Assembly: GCA_002633005.1 (NCBI GenBank)
Contig: NMRA01000574.1
Location: 31,030 to 95,029 of the forward strand
Length of the DNA: 64,000 nucleotides
DNA from: Phoronis australis
Lineage: Eukaryota > Animalia > Phoronida
Direction of reading: 5' to 3'
This document shows positions 50,857-64,000 of the stretch, one piece after another. The first letter of the stretch is position 1. Each line of letters opens with the position of its first letter. A program made the position numbers and the translations under genes. The notes under the pieces are model-generated. The model saw only the letters and a list, made by a program, of their open reading frames with translations. It made no database searches and was not told the origin of the DNA.

Positions 50857-52269
50857 ACTTAACTGGTCAATCATTCCTTATTGCTTTAGACCAGGCTTCA
50901 ATTTAGCTTGTCATAGTCAGTTTATGTGCTCTGTAAGGCCTCAAACCAATGTCAAGACCCATTCCAAGCCCAGAAACCATTTCTCATCTGAGACAGGATT
51001 AGCAAAGACCAGTTTTTATAGCAGTAAGAGGTTAAACCAGAATTCAGTTACTTTGACGGCCAAGTGGGTTTACAGCATCATTCAACTTCATTTTTAAAAA
51101 AGTATCACTGGTTGAAACAATTGGCTTAGATCTTTGGAATATGAATTTCTGCAAATAATTGCTTAACTAAGTGACAATTTAGAAAACTATAACGGTGTTT
51201 TTGAGATTCATCTTGGACATTTAATTCATGTTAATGATGCCACTGCTTTGCAATCAATGTAGCTTTCTTTTTTGCTAATTTCAAATAAAAAGAAATGTCA
51301 CATGATCCAGTTAATGGCAGATTGGAAACGAGCAAAAAATACAAATTCCACAGGCTTTTCTACTTTCAGAAAATATACACTTTAACTGAGTTAAAATCTA
51401 TAGTTTGCAGATATTTGGATAAATACGCATACTTGTCAATTAAAGGATGTACATAACCTTAAGCTCGATAGGGAGCAAATACGAGTAGATACAACGAAGA
51501 GTATGTGATTATGCACTCATTTCAAGCACAGCCTCCGGGAGAAGTACGTCTGTCCATTCCAAGCTTAAGTAGCGGAATTATATACTGAACAGCTGTTGTG
51601 CTGACAACGCAGGCTTCTGGGTCTCAAACGCTGCTATTGCATTTGAGAAGCATGCTAAATGGTCTGAATATTGGACAGCCAAATGTAAGCATCACCCAAA
51701 ATAACTAATCTGTGTCAACATGAGTTGCAAACTTATAATTTTGAAAGTCGGATGCAAATTACCACACTTTCACCACTTTTGGCCATACAGATTTTGTGGG
51801 GGCCCAAGTGGTCTGCCCCTCTACAGACACAATAAAACCAGGTCTCTACTTTCCAAAATTCAAAGAGGGCAGAAATATAGTTGAGTGCCCAAAAGGAGCA
51901 CCAATGAGGTCCTCTGGATGTAAGTTTGGGAGGAAGTAAGCCACTCGATTGGTTTGAGAGACCTTCCCCATTTTTTTGAAATTATCCCCCATTTCCAGTA
52001 TTTTGGTGGCATTTTTTGTCAGAAATTGCCATCTGCCGGATACACCCGAGCATGTGCACTCCCCATTTTCCTGTAAAGAACTTCCTGTATACTGACATCA
52101 TTGGTTTTAAGGTGAAAATGCATATTTGGTGTTATCGTTGGATGGGACAGACTTCTTAAGTTATTAGATTTGACTATAGCTACAAAACAATAAAATCTCG
52201 TTGTTTCTGTGATTTTTATCACAAATTTCCAATTGCCACTGTTGTTTGCCAGGCAATCACTGAAACAAA

Positions 52270-55200
52270 GGCCAGTGTCATTAACATTTAAATGCCTTTG
52301 AAATACACTGCTATTTAACAAATAGGATTTGGTTCAGTGGCAGAGTGCTACTGCAGGGCTTTGAGTGAGTTCCGTCCCATCCACACACACAGCCTACCTT
52401 AGAACAACTTGCACTTGCACAACTTAAACCCATTTTTAAGTGTAGTCCACGCACACACATGTCCAATTACTAGTGTAAAGCAGAAATTGTCATTCGGAGC
52501 GTGACAATGAACACCTAATGCCAACACGGCGCACAAGAGAAAACTCGTCTGTATGTAACTGTGTCTGATAATTACTTCAGCCCTACCCCACTTTTGCGGC
52601 CACACAGCGATTACAAGTGGCACAAGTTTCTCTAGAACAAGTTACCCCACCTCGATAACGTGGAGTAAGTTGTCACAAGTGGAGTAAGTTGCGCTAGTTT
52701 AGATAACATCCAGGCAGCACTCAAACCTAGCGACAACTCGTTCCAGGAACAACTTGTTCTAGGGCAAGCCTGTGTGTGGATGGCACTTTTGAGTCCACAC
52801 GACCACTAATTTCTGTAAAATTCCTTTTCTTGCTTAGAATGTCCCTTTTGAAAATGAGGATTGTTCATTTTTTAAGTTTTTTGCTCTTTGATCGACCCGA
52901 TTTGAGACATCGTGGACAAAGTTGCACGGACGAGAACCTAGATCTGCACATGCTCACATAATTATCGCTTCCCATTCTCAGTCGAATCCGACTCAGTAAT
53001 GCATTCACACTCACAAGGCATGGATTGGTTAAATTTATTCAAAATCACACCCACCACCAGAGGTTATTGAGGCTAAACCACTTGCATTTGGATACGCTTC
53101 TTATATAGGTCTGAGCCCCAAAGTGACATTTAATATCAATTAAAAGACTTCAATGTAAATGGGATACAAGGGACCACTGGATAATAAGTGATTTACATTC
53201 ATGACAATACCTCAAAAAGCGGGGAACAGTGTCGCATAACCACTAAAATGTGAGAACACATTCTCGTCTTTAATCTTAAAAGTTAAATTGTAACTTGATT
53301 CCCCCAGCTCGAATCTTTCATCTCACTGACCTCTTTAAAAATTGTCCGTTTTTACAGGAATTAGAAATCTGAGGAATCTTCTACAAGCGGATGATTGGAT
53401 AATTATTCACCATTGTGCTATAATGTCAGTATCATGCTGACCGGTGTTATGTAATTCGTGGGATCACGTGGTACCCTTTAATTGATGACAGCTTTAATTA
53501 TTTCTTTCCACAGAAGACATAACTAGAACTGGGATTTTCATTTGAATCCGTCACTGCAGTAGTTAAGCACCATACTACATGAAGGTTGCTCAGTTTCAAG
53601 GGAATATAATTAAACAATTGCTAAAGTTGCTTTTTTAAAGGCAAACTGATACGAAGTCTGTCCTAAAGTTGTATGGTGACAGAGGGAATATAGTTATGCA
53701 ACCAAATTTTATTTCTTGTTGAAAAATTATCCAACCATAAATTTTGAGCACAGGGAGGCGTACTCAAAGGTTTCTACACTTAATGAAAAGAAAGTCATTT
53801 TCAGGAGAGAAGAACGCGATTTCAGTATAAGATACTATGAGTTCTATAAATACACCATGCGGCTGAAAAATCTCAATCGTGTCTGCATGACATAAAGCAG
53901 GGTGAAATTTCACCAATTTAGAACAAAATATGGCAGTCAAGTGATTTTTGTGATTGTGTAACCAATACAAAGTAATGAACACTTAGTACAACCAATACAA
54001 AGTAATGAACAGTTAGTAAGACCAATACATGGTAATGAACAGTTAGTAACGGCAATACAAAGTAATGAACAGTTAGTAAGACCGATACAAAGTAATGAAC
54101 AGTTAGTAAGACCGATACAAAGTAATGAACAGTTANGGCCAGTGTCATTAACATTTAAATGCCTTTGAAATACACTGCTATTTAACAAATAGGATTTGGT
54201 TCAGTGGCAGAGTGCTACTGCAGGGCTTTGAGTGAGTTCCGTCCCATCCACACACACAGCCTACCTTAGAACAACTTGCACTTGCACAACTTAAACCCAT
54301 TTTTAAGTGTAGTCCACGCACACACATGTCCAATTACTAGTGTAAAGCAGAAATTGTCATTCGGAGCGTGACAATGAACACCTAATGCCAACACGGCGCA
54401 CAAGAGAAAACTCGTCTGTATGTAACTGTGTCTGATAATTACTTCAGCCCTACCCCACTTTTGCGGCCACACAGCGATTACAAGTGGCACAAGTTTCTCT
54501 AGAACAAGTTACCCCACCTCGATAACGTGGAGTAAGTTGTCACAAGTGGAGTAAGTTGCGCTAGTTTAGATAACATCCAGGCAGCACTCAAACCTAGCGA
54601 CAACTCGTTCCAGGAACAACTTGTTCTAGGGCAAGCCTGTGTGTGGATGGCACTTTTGAGTCCACACGACCACTAATTTCTGTAAAATTCCTTTTCTTGC
54701 TTAGAATGTCCCTTTTAAAAATGAGGATTGTTTATTTTTTAAGTTTTTTGCTCTTTGATCGACCCGATTTGAGACATCGTGGACAAAGTTGCACGGACGA
54801 GAACCTAGATCTGCACATGCTCACATAATTATCACTTCCCATTCTCAGTCGAATCCGACTCAGTAATGCATTCACACTCACAAGGCATGGATTGGTTAAA
54901 TTTATTCAAAATCACACCCACCACCAGAGGTTATTGAGGCTAAACCACTTGCATTTGGATACGCTTCTTAAATAGATCTGAGCCCCAAAGTGACATTTAA
55001 TATCAATTAAAAGACTTCAATGTAAATGGGATACAAGGGACCACTGGATAATAAGTGATTTACATTCATGACAATACCTCAAAAAGCGTGGAACAGTGTC
55101 GCATAACCACTAAAATGTGAGAACACATTCTCGTCTTTAATCTTAAAAGTTAAATTGTAACTTGATTCCCCCAGCTCGAATCTTTCATCTCACTGACCTC

Positions 55201-56020
55201 TTTAAAAATTGTCCGTTTTTACAGGAATTAGAAATCTGGGGAATCTACTACAAGCAGATGATTGGATAATTATTCACCATTGTACTATAATGTCAGTATC
55301 ATGCTGACCGGTGTTATGTAATTCGTGGGATCATGTGGTACCCTTTAATTGATGACAGCTTTAATTATTTCTTTCCACAGAACACCTAACTAGAACTGGG
55401 ATTTTCATTTGAATCCGTCACTGCAGTAGTTAAGCACCATACTAAATGAAGGTTGTTCAGTTTCAAGGGAATATAATTAAACAATTGCTAAAGTTGCTTT
55501 TTAAAGGCAAACTGATACGAAGTCTGTCCTAAAGTTGTATGGTGACAGAGGGACTATAGTTATGCAACCAAATTTTATTTCTTGTTGAAAAATTATCCAA
55601 CCATAAATTTTGAGCACAGAGAGGCGTACTCAAAGGTTTCTACACTTAATGAAAAGAAAATCATTTTCAGGAGAGAAGATGGCGATTTCAGTATTAGATA
55701 CTATTAGTTCTACAAATACGCCATGTGACTGAAAAATCTCTATGAACAAATCATGTCTGCATGACATTTATAAAGCAGGGTGAAATTTCACCAATTTAGA
55801 ACAAAATATGGCAGCCAAGTGATTTTTGTGATTGTGTAACTTTTTCATGAACAGTTAGTAAGACCAATGCAAAGTAATGAACAGTTAGTAAGACCAATAC
55901 AAAGTAATGAACAGTTAGTAAGACCAATACAAAGTAATGAACAGTTAGTAACACCAATACAAAGAAATGAACAGTTAGTAAGTAAGACCAATACAAAGTA
56001 ATGAACAGTTAGTAACACCA
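52270..56020. repeat. 1.87-kb direct duplication joined by a single N (probably uncollapsed haplotypes)
   Basis: 52270-54135 is nearly identical to 54137-~56020 with N at 54136; the first copy ends inside the 30-bp minisatellite. Confidence 0.9.
52374..52786. mobile_element. MITE (~410 bp), copy B (re-assembled at 54241-54653)
   Basis: gtcccatccacacac..ctaccttagaacaactt ... ttgttctagggcaagcctgtgtgtggatggcac inverted ends. Confidence 0.8.
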
Positions 56021-56186
56021 ATACAAAGTAATGAACAGTTAGTAAGACCAATACAAAGTAATGAACAGTTATCAACAGCAATACAAAGTAATGAACAGTT
56101 AGTAACAGCAATACAAAGTAATGAACAGTTAGTAACAATAATACAAAGTACTGAACAGTTAGTAACACCAGTACAAAGTAATGCAA
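55848..56186. repeat. 30-bp minisatellite (~11 units; partial allele at 53962-54135)
   Basis: Unit gaacagttagtaagaccaatacaaagtaat; it generates the spurious LLTVHYFVLV repeat ORFs. Confidence 0.97.
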
Positions 56187-58263
56187 TATAAAGTAACGCT
56201 TATACCATTATCCACTTTTTACTGCAACAACCATCAGACAATAGTTTGAGAAATTCCCGGCAATAATTTTTGTCAGAAATTGGCGAGATTTTACTACAAC
56301 TCCATCCAATGACTACGGGAAAAACTAATCCTCGAACACAAAATGCTCACAAAAATGCACAAAAAATACTAATTGAAAATTAAATCAATGGCAATATTTA
56401 AAAATATATATTTAGAAAAAAAATCTGAAAAATATTTACAAATGGAAATTGTTGGTCACAAAGACAATAAACACACGAGGAAATATACAAGAACACTTCT
56501 GTTAAAGTCAGAGCTCGCTATCACAATTAATCAATAGAATCCATCATAAAGAAGACAAAAACCACACATGACTCATAACTTTTGTCAATACATAAAAAGC
56601 TTCGTTAGCTAGCAGACTTAATTAGAAAACAAAGTCTTCAAGCCAGTCTGGAAAAATGACATTTATTCATATTGTCCAATGTGACACTAGCTGTGCAGTA
56701 ACAGAGATAGATGATAGAACTATAGAAATTTCCCACTCGAATGTAATCAAATTCCCATAATTCCTAGTGGAAAGCATTAACCAGACCGATGATCAATTCA
56801 AATTGTCCTCTTTACGTGTCCTGTTTTCTCACTAGGCGATGCAAAGTGGCGCCAGAAGTCAACTTCACGCATCATTTGATTTTGTTGTATTTGTGTCATT
56901 TGTACAAATCTAGATACTAAAATTGACTTGTGTTTGAGTTTACAGAACATTTTTTATACATGGGTTGAAATAAATTGGTTAACGTAACATCTAAAGCCGC
57001 AACTTTAATTGTCTTCAGTCGACCTCTCAGATCCCATTTGAGAGACAATCCAAGTTTATGCTATTTTATCAACTTAAGTGCTAATTTCAGTTTTTGTGAC
57101 AAAGTTCCTGGTAAACCGCATTGATTTTACAGTACACCACATTCCAAGTAAAGGCTAGCAAAAAGCTGTCTTGTCCTAAAAATCTGTGGTTTGAGTAAAA
57201 CCAAAACCATGAATCAATAGTCCGATTGTTTTTAAGTACAGACATAATGAACTCTTCCTGGTTCACGCCCAAGGCGCTTAAATTGGGAAACTGAAAAAAT
57301 CATGAACAAAAAGAACCATTTTACACCTTTTCCCACCGAAAGGTACCATAAGGTGCAAACGGTAATACCATAAGGTGCTACTGATACTGGCTGTTTATTA
57401 CCCACAAAGAAAAGAGAATTCCGTATGTATTTGGGGTTAAAGTTCTTGTGTGATAGATATTCAGACAGACACTCAAGCACAAAACGGAGGTTTCGGTCCT
57501 ACAAAAGGAGGTGAGTTCTAAGCCATGCATAGGTATTTAAGCATGAAAGTTCAGGAATATTAGATGTAGGCAATAAGAAAAATATGGGCATCAACTCCGA
57601 TTAGACCGGTAAATACAAGCCAACATTGAAAAATTTCTTGCACTGGCGTAGATAAGAAAATTGCAAATTAATGACTGAACAAAGGATATGTTTGTAGACC
57701 AAATAAATTCAATAGAAGTAACTTTGCAGAATTTGCAGTCTTCAATTCATAAAGAAGGAATAGAACACTTGTAGGTGTTTTAACTTAGCAGGCAAAGTGG
57801 GACAAAACTGCCACCTTGTGACATAACCTTGCATAAAGTGTGTAGCCATGTGGAACACCAGCATGAGGGATTACAAACCTCAGGTGGACTCCTGCTGTGC
57901 AGCATGTTATGGCCATGGCCCTCAAGGGAAGTGTTACAAAATTTACAACGCTTCTTTTCTTACAAAACGTCTATTCTGTTTCATAAGTTATCTCAACAGA
58001 AATACAGAACAGCAAAATCTCCCTAACTGTCCACAAAAATAATTGCTGAAATTGCCATTTTATATTTTCTAGGTCTTCTAACATTGTAGTAAATGCACAC
58101 AATTTTCCAAACCATTGAATGATGGAAAGTACGTTGTAGAGCAGCGTTCATGAGAACAGTGCATACAGCGTAGTATATGAAATTATACCACAATACTAGT
58201 CTTGAATGGCAGATACAACCGTGTAATAACCCATAAAGTTATCTCACTAATGAGATAACATTT

Positions 58264-58338
58264 TGGCGGGAAACCGAGGCCAGATTCGAACCCGGGCCTC
58301 AAGAGTTGCGAGTCGCCAACTTTACACCACTCAGCGGC
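58264..58338 (-). mobile_element. tRNA-derived SINE-like head
   Basis: Minus strand gccgctgagtggtgtaa...cccgggttcgaatctgg...cgcca has a B-box (GTTCGAATC) and an A-box-like motif, but the acceptor and anticodon stems do not pair. Confidence 0.5.
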
Positions 58339-58892
58339 TGACGTCATCGAACGTGAAAATAGAATACTTAAATGATCCCGCGCAACAATCACATGTTCAG
58401 CAAAGGGCATTCCACCGACATTTATGCCCTATGAAAAATAAGACGCATAATTTCCATAAAATCGGTATTTTAATTCAGTGAAATTTTTCTCTCGTGTTCT
58501 CTCACTAGTAAATCTCCGATCTCCAATTTGAATGCGGGTATCGTGTCGTCGGGATCCTTTGACTTAAGCCTTATAGTCAGTAGTCAGTTACTAGTGGTAA
58601 CTCTACTTTAGCAGACGATATTTTCCCGGTCGAAGCTTAGCGTGATAAAATGTGTAGTAAGCTATAACAGTTGCTAAACCTTAATTTATAGATTCACTTT
58701 ATTTCTATTTTGTTTTATTTTTCAATTGGTTTTGAGTATAAGCATTATTTGACAAAAATAGCTCGGCTTTTCTTAAAAGGTCACGACCTCCGACCCTGGG
58801 CCTCTAACATAGAAAGTAGTTACAAAGCTGAGGTGAGTCGAGAAAGGTAAATCGATTCATTGCAGTGTTTCTCGGTCAGTATGTGGTAGTAA

Positions 58893-59042
58893 ATAGATTA
58901 TTACATGTTCTCAGTCGTTATCCCCCTTATCTAGAGCCCTCGTGGATTTTGGAGAATTATCACCCTCGGGGCTAATAGTTCTCCAAAATCCACTTGGGCT
59001 CTAGATAACGGGGCATAACAACTTGGGCATGTAATAATCTAT
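58893..59042. mobile_element. Foldback (palindromic) mini-element, 150 bp
   Basis: atagattattacatg..gttat.ccc.ttatctagagccc..gtggattttggagaa versus ttctccaaaatccac..gggctctagataa.gggg.ataac..catgtaataatctat: near-perfect inverted arms of about 68 bp. Confidence 0.9.
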
Positions 59043-59759
59043 ATGTATCATATGAATCAAATCAGCCGTCTCTAAGATAGGATTTTCCAAACTCAGCTAA
59101 ATTTCGTCATTTTTAAAGGGTCCTACAAGACCTAAATCATGTTACGTGTACGGACTTTTTAAGCACGTTGTACTAATGAATGTAGATGGTAAGTGAAGAT
59201 CTGAATTCTGAATCAATAATTTTCTGTATTAAATGTGCACCGAGCCAGTGTTCACCCACACCTCAAACCCCACGACAATAAAAATGACGGGTTGGGAATT
59301 AAAACGAACCATAACAGGCCAACGCAGTAATTGTAGGAACAGATTACCGTATTGATCAGCGTTTGAAACAAAACCTAATTACACGCAAACAAAGATGCAT
59401 GTTTGCGTAGTCTGACAATGGGCATTTGTCTAGACTATTTTATACCGGAGAAAACCAATTCACGATAGAGATAAAACTGAACGTCGTCGGCATGAACAGA
59501 ACTGTAATGCATCTTCTGAAATTAAGTACTTTTCAGGGGGGAAACTGCACATGGCAATTCTAAAATGCAAACCATGTCACAAGATAAAAGGCTGTCCACA
59601 TGCATCTGAAAATGGTGATCTTAGTCAGCTTCATAATTATTATATTCAACTTATATGAATCAATAAAAAATAAACAATGACCAAAGGTACTTCTTTTAAT
59701 TTGAAAGACAGGATACAATCTTTTGAATACAAGACGAATACCCGTCAAGTCAAGTCCAC

Positions 59760-60156
59760 ATTAGCGAAGCGTTGACATAAACAGCCATATTAACTTGAGT
59801 GTTCCCATAAGCTTCAAACATCGGAGTTATCGCAAGATGGCGCAATATGACGTCACGCTTTTGCGCCATTAGCGAATAAAAATAAAAAAGGCACAGGTAC
59901 AACCCCCCGGGATGTCTTTTAAAATGCAACACTTGCAGTTTGCAGCTAGTCAGATAAAACATGACTCTGTTTCGTAAGTTACTGCGTAACACTAAATCTG
60001 CTGGGCACAACTTTTTGAAAAAAGGTGCGCCCAGTGTGCACAGGTTCAAACCTGGTCAGGAATATCCCTGCTTGACCATTTTCATAGCAGTGACCTCTGC
60101 CATGGACACTGCAGTTGAGCATTCCCACAAAAGCGATGAATCGATGCTTCGCTGTT
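59760..60156. mobile_element. MITE with an 8-bp target-site duplication
   Basis: AAGTCCAC at 59752-59759 and 60157-60164 flanks the imperfect inverted ends attagcgaagcgttga and tcgatgcttcgctgtt. Confidence 0.7.
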
Positions 60157-63100
60157 AAGTCCACTAAATTTGAGCTGCCAACTTCGATCCAAAACCGAAT
60201 TTAAGTTCCCATTGATCGATGTTCCCCATAAACATCGAAGCACCAGCGTAAATAGAAAGACTGCAATGTTACCTCAGGGTCATAAACAATTACAAATACG
60301 GAAACAAACGGAAAAAATACACCTTGCCCGAGATGGTAACATTCTTCACAGACAATTTACAACACACTGAAGTATAATCAAACCAATCCATTATGTAACT
60401 GCTGTCAGCAACATACAGGTTAATTGATTGTGTATTTAGCTGTCCAGGAAGCATGGCTTAATCAAATACAAAAACTTCAATTATGATAATTGCACCTCCT
60501 GATAGACTGCCAGTGGGATTTCACTTACCAGCTATGATTTATGAACATATCAACTTTTTTCCAAAGAGCACACAATTCACACTTGCCAGTGAGTAATAAA
60601 TATTTTTAATGGTGCTTTCTCATCAACATTGCATCTCCCCTGCGTAACACCAAATAGCAAAATAGGTGGATTAAACTATTTTGTCACCACCGGAGATTAG
60701 TTAGTGAGAAGGGTTAGGGGAGTTGCCAAAGAGTTTTGAAAGTGGGAAAGCGACATTGTTTGCCAGAAAGTAAGAATGAAAACTAAGAGACAAACTTTAA
60801 ATAGCTTTACTGTCTTGCTTAATTGACCTATCGCAAGCTCCGCTCCCTTGCGAAAAATCGACAAACAAACAATAAGTTTTACCCAACAACAAAGTATTGT
60901 CTCCACACGGACTTGGGATCATAAAAATGCAATCACATGTCACTTGTCAATTGTCATGCATGCCCTGAGAAATTGGGAAACCCAATTGGATGCCCTATTT
61001 TTAAAATCCCGGATGAACTCTAGTACGAACGGACTAATGAACATGCTTGGAAACCTCGTAATTCCTGCTACGTTTGTGAATTTTCTGTTGCGCAGACCAC
61101 CATCTAGTGATTAAGGTCATTTCCGCGACCCAAGTCTGATTCGTAATAAGTGGCTGGCTACTTACAAGCATCTCATGTGTATCACACCAATACCTAAAAT
61201 AGATGTCCATACAATAGTCATCAACTTGCATTTATTAAGTTGTCTTGTTGTACTCTTCAGCTGTTGAAAGTTGCAGGTCCACAAACTCCAAATAACTAGC
61301 TAACCGAAACAAAACAAATATGCAACGGACAATGACCCCAGAATCAGGAAAACACAGCGTGAACACGAAAAGCAAAGACGCTATAATTTATTCAAAACAA
61401 ACGTTCAAGGTGCAAATTACTGAGTCACAGCAAACAATAACCAAAAACAACTGCCACAGAGGGTTGCGGTTTTGGAATCTCAAGGAGACAAGACCGAGAG
61501 TGTACACAAGTGAGATCCTATTGAACATAGTGTAAAGAGCCTCTCCGATGACAATTGCGCTCATCACTTCAAGACTCTTGTATCCCAGAGCATACCTATT
61601 TGAAAACACCTGGATAAAAGGCACACTAGCCAGAGGCAGGAATGTGACATCAAAGGTTGAGGTTAGATATTTGAAAGCTTGTCAGGTACAGTTTGTCTGC
61701 AGTCTTAATGCATGGAACAAATCAAAACATTACCATTCACAAATTAAGAGTACTTAGCAAATCATAAAGAAATACCTTAGGATGACAATTGACTGAATAC
61801 CTATTGGCTAAACTTACAGGGTCCTCAAACCCTCGATTATGGGGCCAAACATTGGCCCTATTGCTCTCTGAAAAACAATTAACAATCACGTGAAATTGCC
61901 CTCACAAAGCCCAAAAATTCCCTCAAGTGATTGAAAAATTCACCTTGATGTTCGAATTACTTGTAACCCACACAAGTGACAATTAGTTTTGGCTACTCGA
62001 GGCAGAGTCTACGAGGTTGCAACAGGGTAGGGTATGCTATTGATGTGGTCAGGAGATAGAATTTCCCCTCCCCCAAAAAAATTGCCAAATCAAATGGCAC
62101 AGGCACCTTACCTCTTGGATGAACAAGGACCTTGACTAATAAAATCTCAATTGGAATTTCAAATGCGTCGTAATTCTTCAATCATTTAACACACAATGTG
62201 GCTCACAAGTGAAGTTCTATTTTCCCAATTTCTCCCAAAAATAAAGATTGAGACAATTTTAGTCCGTTCCGTAATACCACGGTTAGTACGGCGTAGATGA
62301 TGTAAATTAACTTTTGGTAAATATTTTCAGGAAAGTGATCGTTTTTATCAGCCTTTGAAAAATGGAAAAACGACAATTAATTTTGTTTTTCCACTTATAA
62401 ATGCTACACCACAAGAAATGATTTGCGAGATTCTGGACATACACAACAATGTTAGAGGCTTATGAAAAATGAGAAAAAAAAATCAATTTTGGCAATTACA
62501 TGTCTATAAATGATGACATATTACCGTACTTTGCTAGGCTGAATCAGGTCACATTGACCAGCCAAGTGACGCCGCCTTGAAATAATCCCAAGACAGCCAT
62601 GTACACTACAATGCCAGGTAAGACATGCCCCGCTCAGGTAATGAACGGGATACAATCAGTTACACAGCTGATCTGATGTATTCAATCAAGTTGTGGCAGG
62701 TGCATCGCTATGGTAATCATTGTCAGGTACAAGATATCTAACCTGGATCAATTGAAAATGCGACTTACCACGAATTAATCAATTTCTACAAAGCTCACAG
62801 TCACAATAACAAATGAATCGACATAAAGGCTTATGTTTTGAGATTCAAGTTGAATGCACTAAGTAACGACCATGCAAAAGAAATGAAGTAAAATATTTTA
62901 TGCTCAGGAAATTTCCAAGTGCAAAACACCATAGCCGGCCTGGCAGGGTAAAAGCCAACAGCTCAGCTTTACAAAATAATGCCATCCCAAGAATTTCAAC
63001 AAATTCACTTTAGAATGTCCAAGTTCTATTGTTGTATACTGCTCAATGTTCACCTCCAGTTTTTGTCTTTCACGACTCAACGGCTCCTGATACAGAGATT

Positions 63101-64000
63101 ACAGGTAGTTGCCATTGTTCAATCGTGTTTTGTTCAATCACATCTCCCATTGTTTACCTGACAGGTAGCACCTGAGTGCAAACCAGTATAGCATGAAGGT
63201 GGTGAACCAGCAATCAATATAATGAGTTTCTATTATTAATTAGTGTTAAGATTTCTCCAGGCATGGCATGAATGGATGACTCATAGGTTAACTATACTAT
63301 GGACAATCAAATCATTTGCGAACAAACAAATTCCCCCAGAAGCTGATGTATTTTGGCAAATATCAATGTGCCTCGATGACACTTCGATATTGGTGAAAAA
63401 ACAAATTCAAGGTCAGGATCAAATAATGAAAACCTTATTCAACAGAAACTCTTAATGGGTCGCAAAGTGGAACTGGTGAACAAGTTGCAACAGATTCTTA
63501 ATATGCAATATAAACTTTTTTAATCATAAATAATCATAATCTTGATAAAGATAAAAATAACAATGTTAATATACACATCCGTCCATTGCAAGACCTTAAG
63601 TGAACCAAAATTACGTACCGGTAATTCATTTGATACATGTCTAAATATCAAAGAGAAAACATTCATATTAAGGTTATCTCCAACCTTATTTAGTGGCCTC
63701 TATTCTAACTCGTATATCAAAAAACTAAGCTTTGTCAACTAGTACAAATATATAGTTTCTGAAAGAAAAAAGATTAGGGAGTATGAAAATACCTTTTGTA
63801 TTAATGTACCATAATTATTTTTATGTAAAAACCTTATTTAAGTCAAAATTTTATTTTTAAGAAAGGTACATTCATAGCAAAATAACCCTTTGGTCGTATG
63901 CATGTACACGCACAACTCCTTTAGGATCAAAAATACGTTTTGTCTTTGGCTGCATACAATTATACTTTGATTTTGCAGCAAATTCACACAGAAAAACACT

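Noticed and set aside
53918-56186. Repeat 'proteins' LLTVHYFVLV / TNCSLLCIGL and a possible CRISPR-like array
   Set aside because: These are translations of a 30-bp head-to-tail minisatellite. There are no unique spacers or cas genes, and the context is eukaryotic.
58264-58338. Functional tRNA gene
   Set aside because: A B-box is present, but the acceptor and anticodon stems do not pair; better explained as a SINE-like head.
59821-59880. Core promoter of a host gene (YY1 + CRE)
   Set aside because: It lies inside a TSD-bounded TIR element with no adjacent exon; kept only as a TE-borne motif finding.
23116-63285. Enrichment of AP-1 sites (TGA[CG]TCA) across Cas introns
   Set aside because: About a dozen seen by eye, at most roughly twice a rough composition-based expectation; not convincing without a proper test.

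Overview
Eukaryotic genomic DNA from an invertebrate animal (AT-rich, spliceosomal GT-AG introns, many non-autonomous repeats). It appears to come from a heterozygous draft assembly, with one 236-N gap and three single-N joins, each flanked by duplicated sequence. Two convergent protein-coding genes are recognisable. CFDP1/BCNT (Swc5 family) is on the + strand, with exons 2-6 at 7460-12845; exon 1 was not found. A Cas-family adaptor (p130Cas/BCAR1-NEDD9 orthologue) is on the - strand, with an SH3 exon at 32208-32501 and one 2.3-kb exon at 18963-21281; its short first exon was not found. Upstream of CFDP1 exon 2 lies a decayed Ty3/Gypsy LTR element (about 1938-5408) that lacks its whole reverse-transcriptase core. 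The rest is intron/intergenic DNA with MITEs, foldback hairpins, SINE-like heads and minisatellites. The most notable observations are: (1) a Helentron/HINE-like element at 44687-46157 whose ~147-bp sub-repeats each carry a co-oriented CTCF-like motif (8 copies); (2) CFDP1 adjacent to Cas, as CFDP1 is to BCAR1 in vertebrates; (3) tandemly duplicated splice sites in CFDP1; (4) three RPLP Src-SH3 ligands in Cas. No prokaryotic-type system (CRISPR, operon) is present. All calls were made by eye, without database searches.
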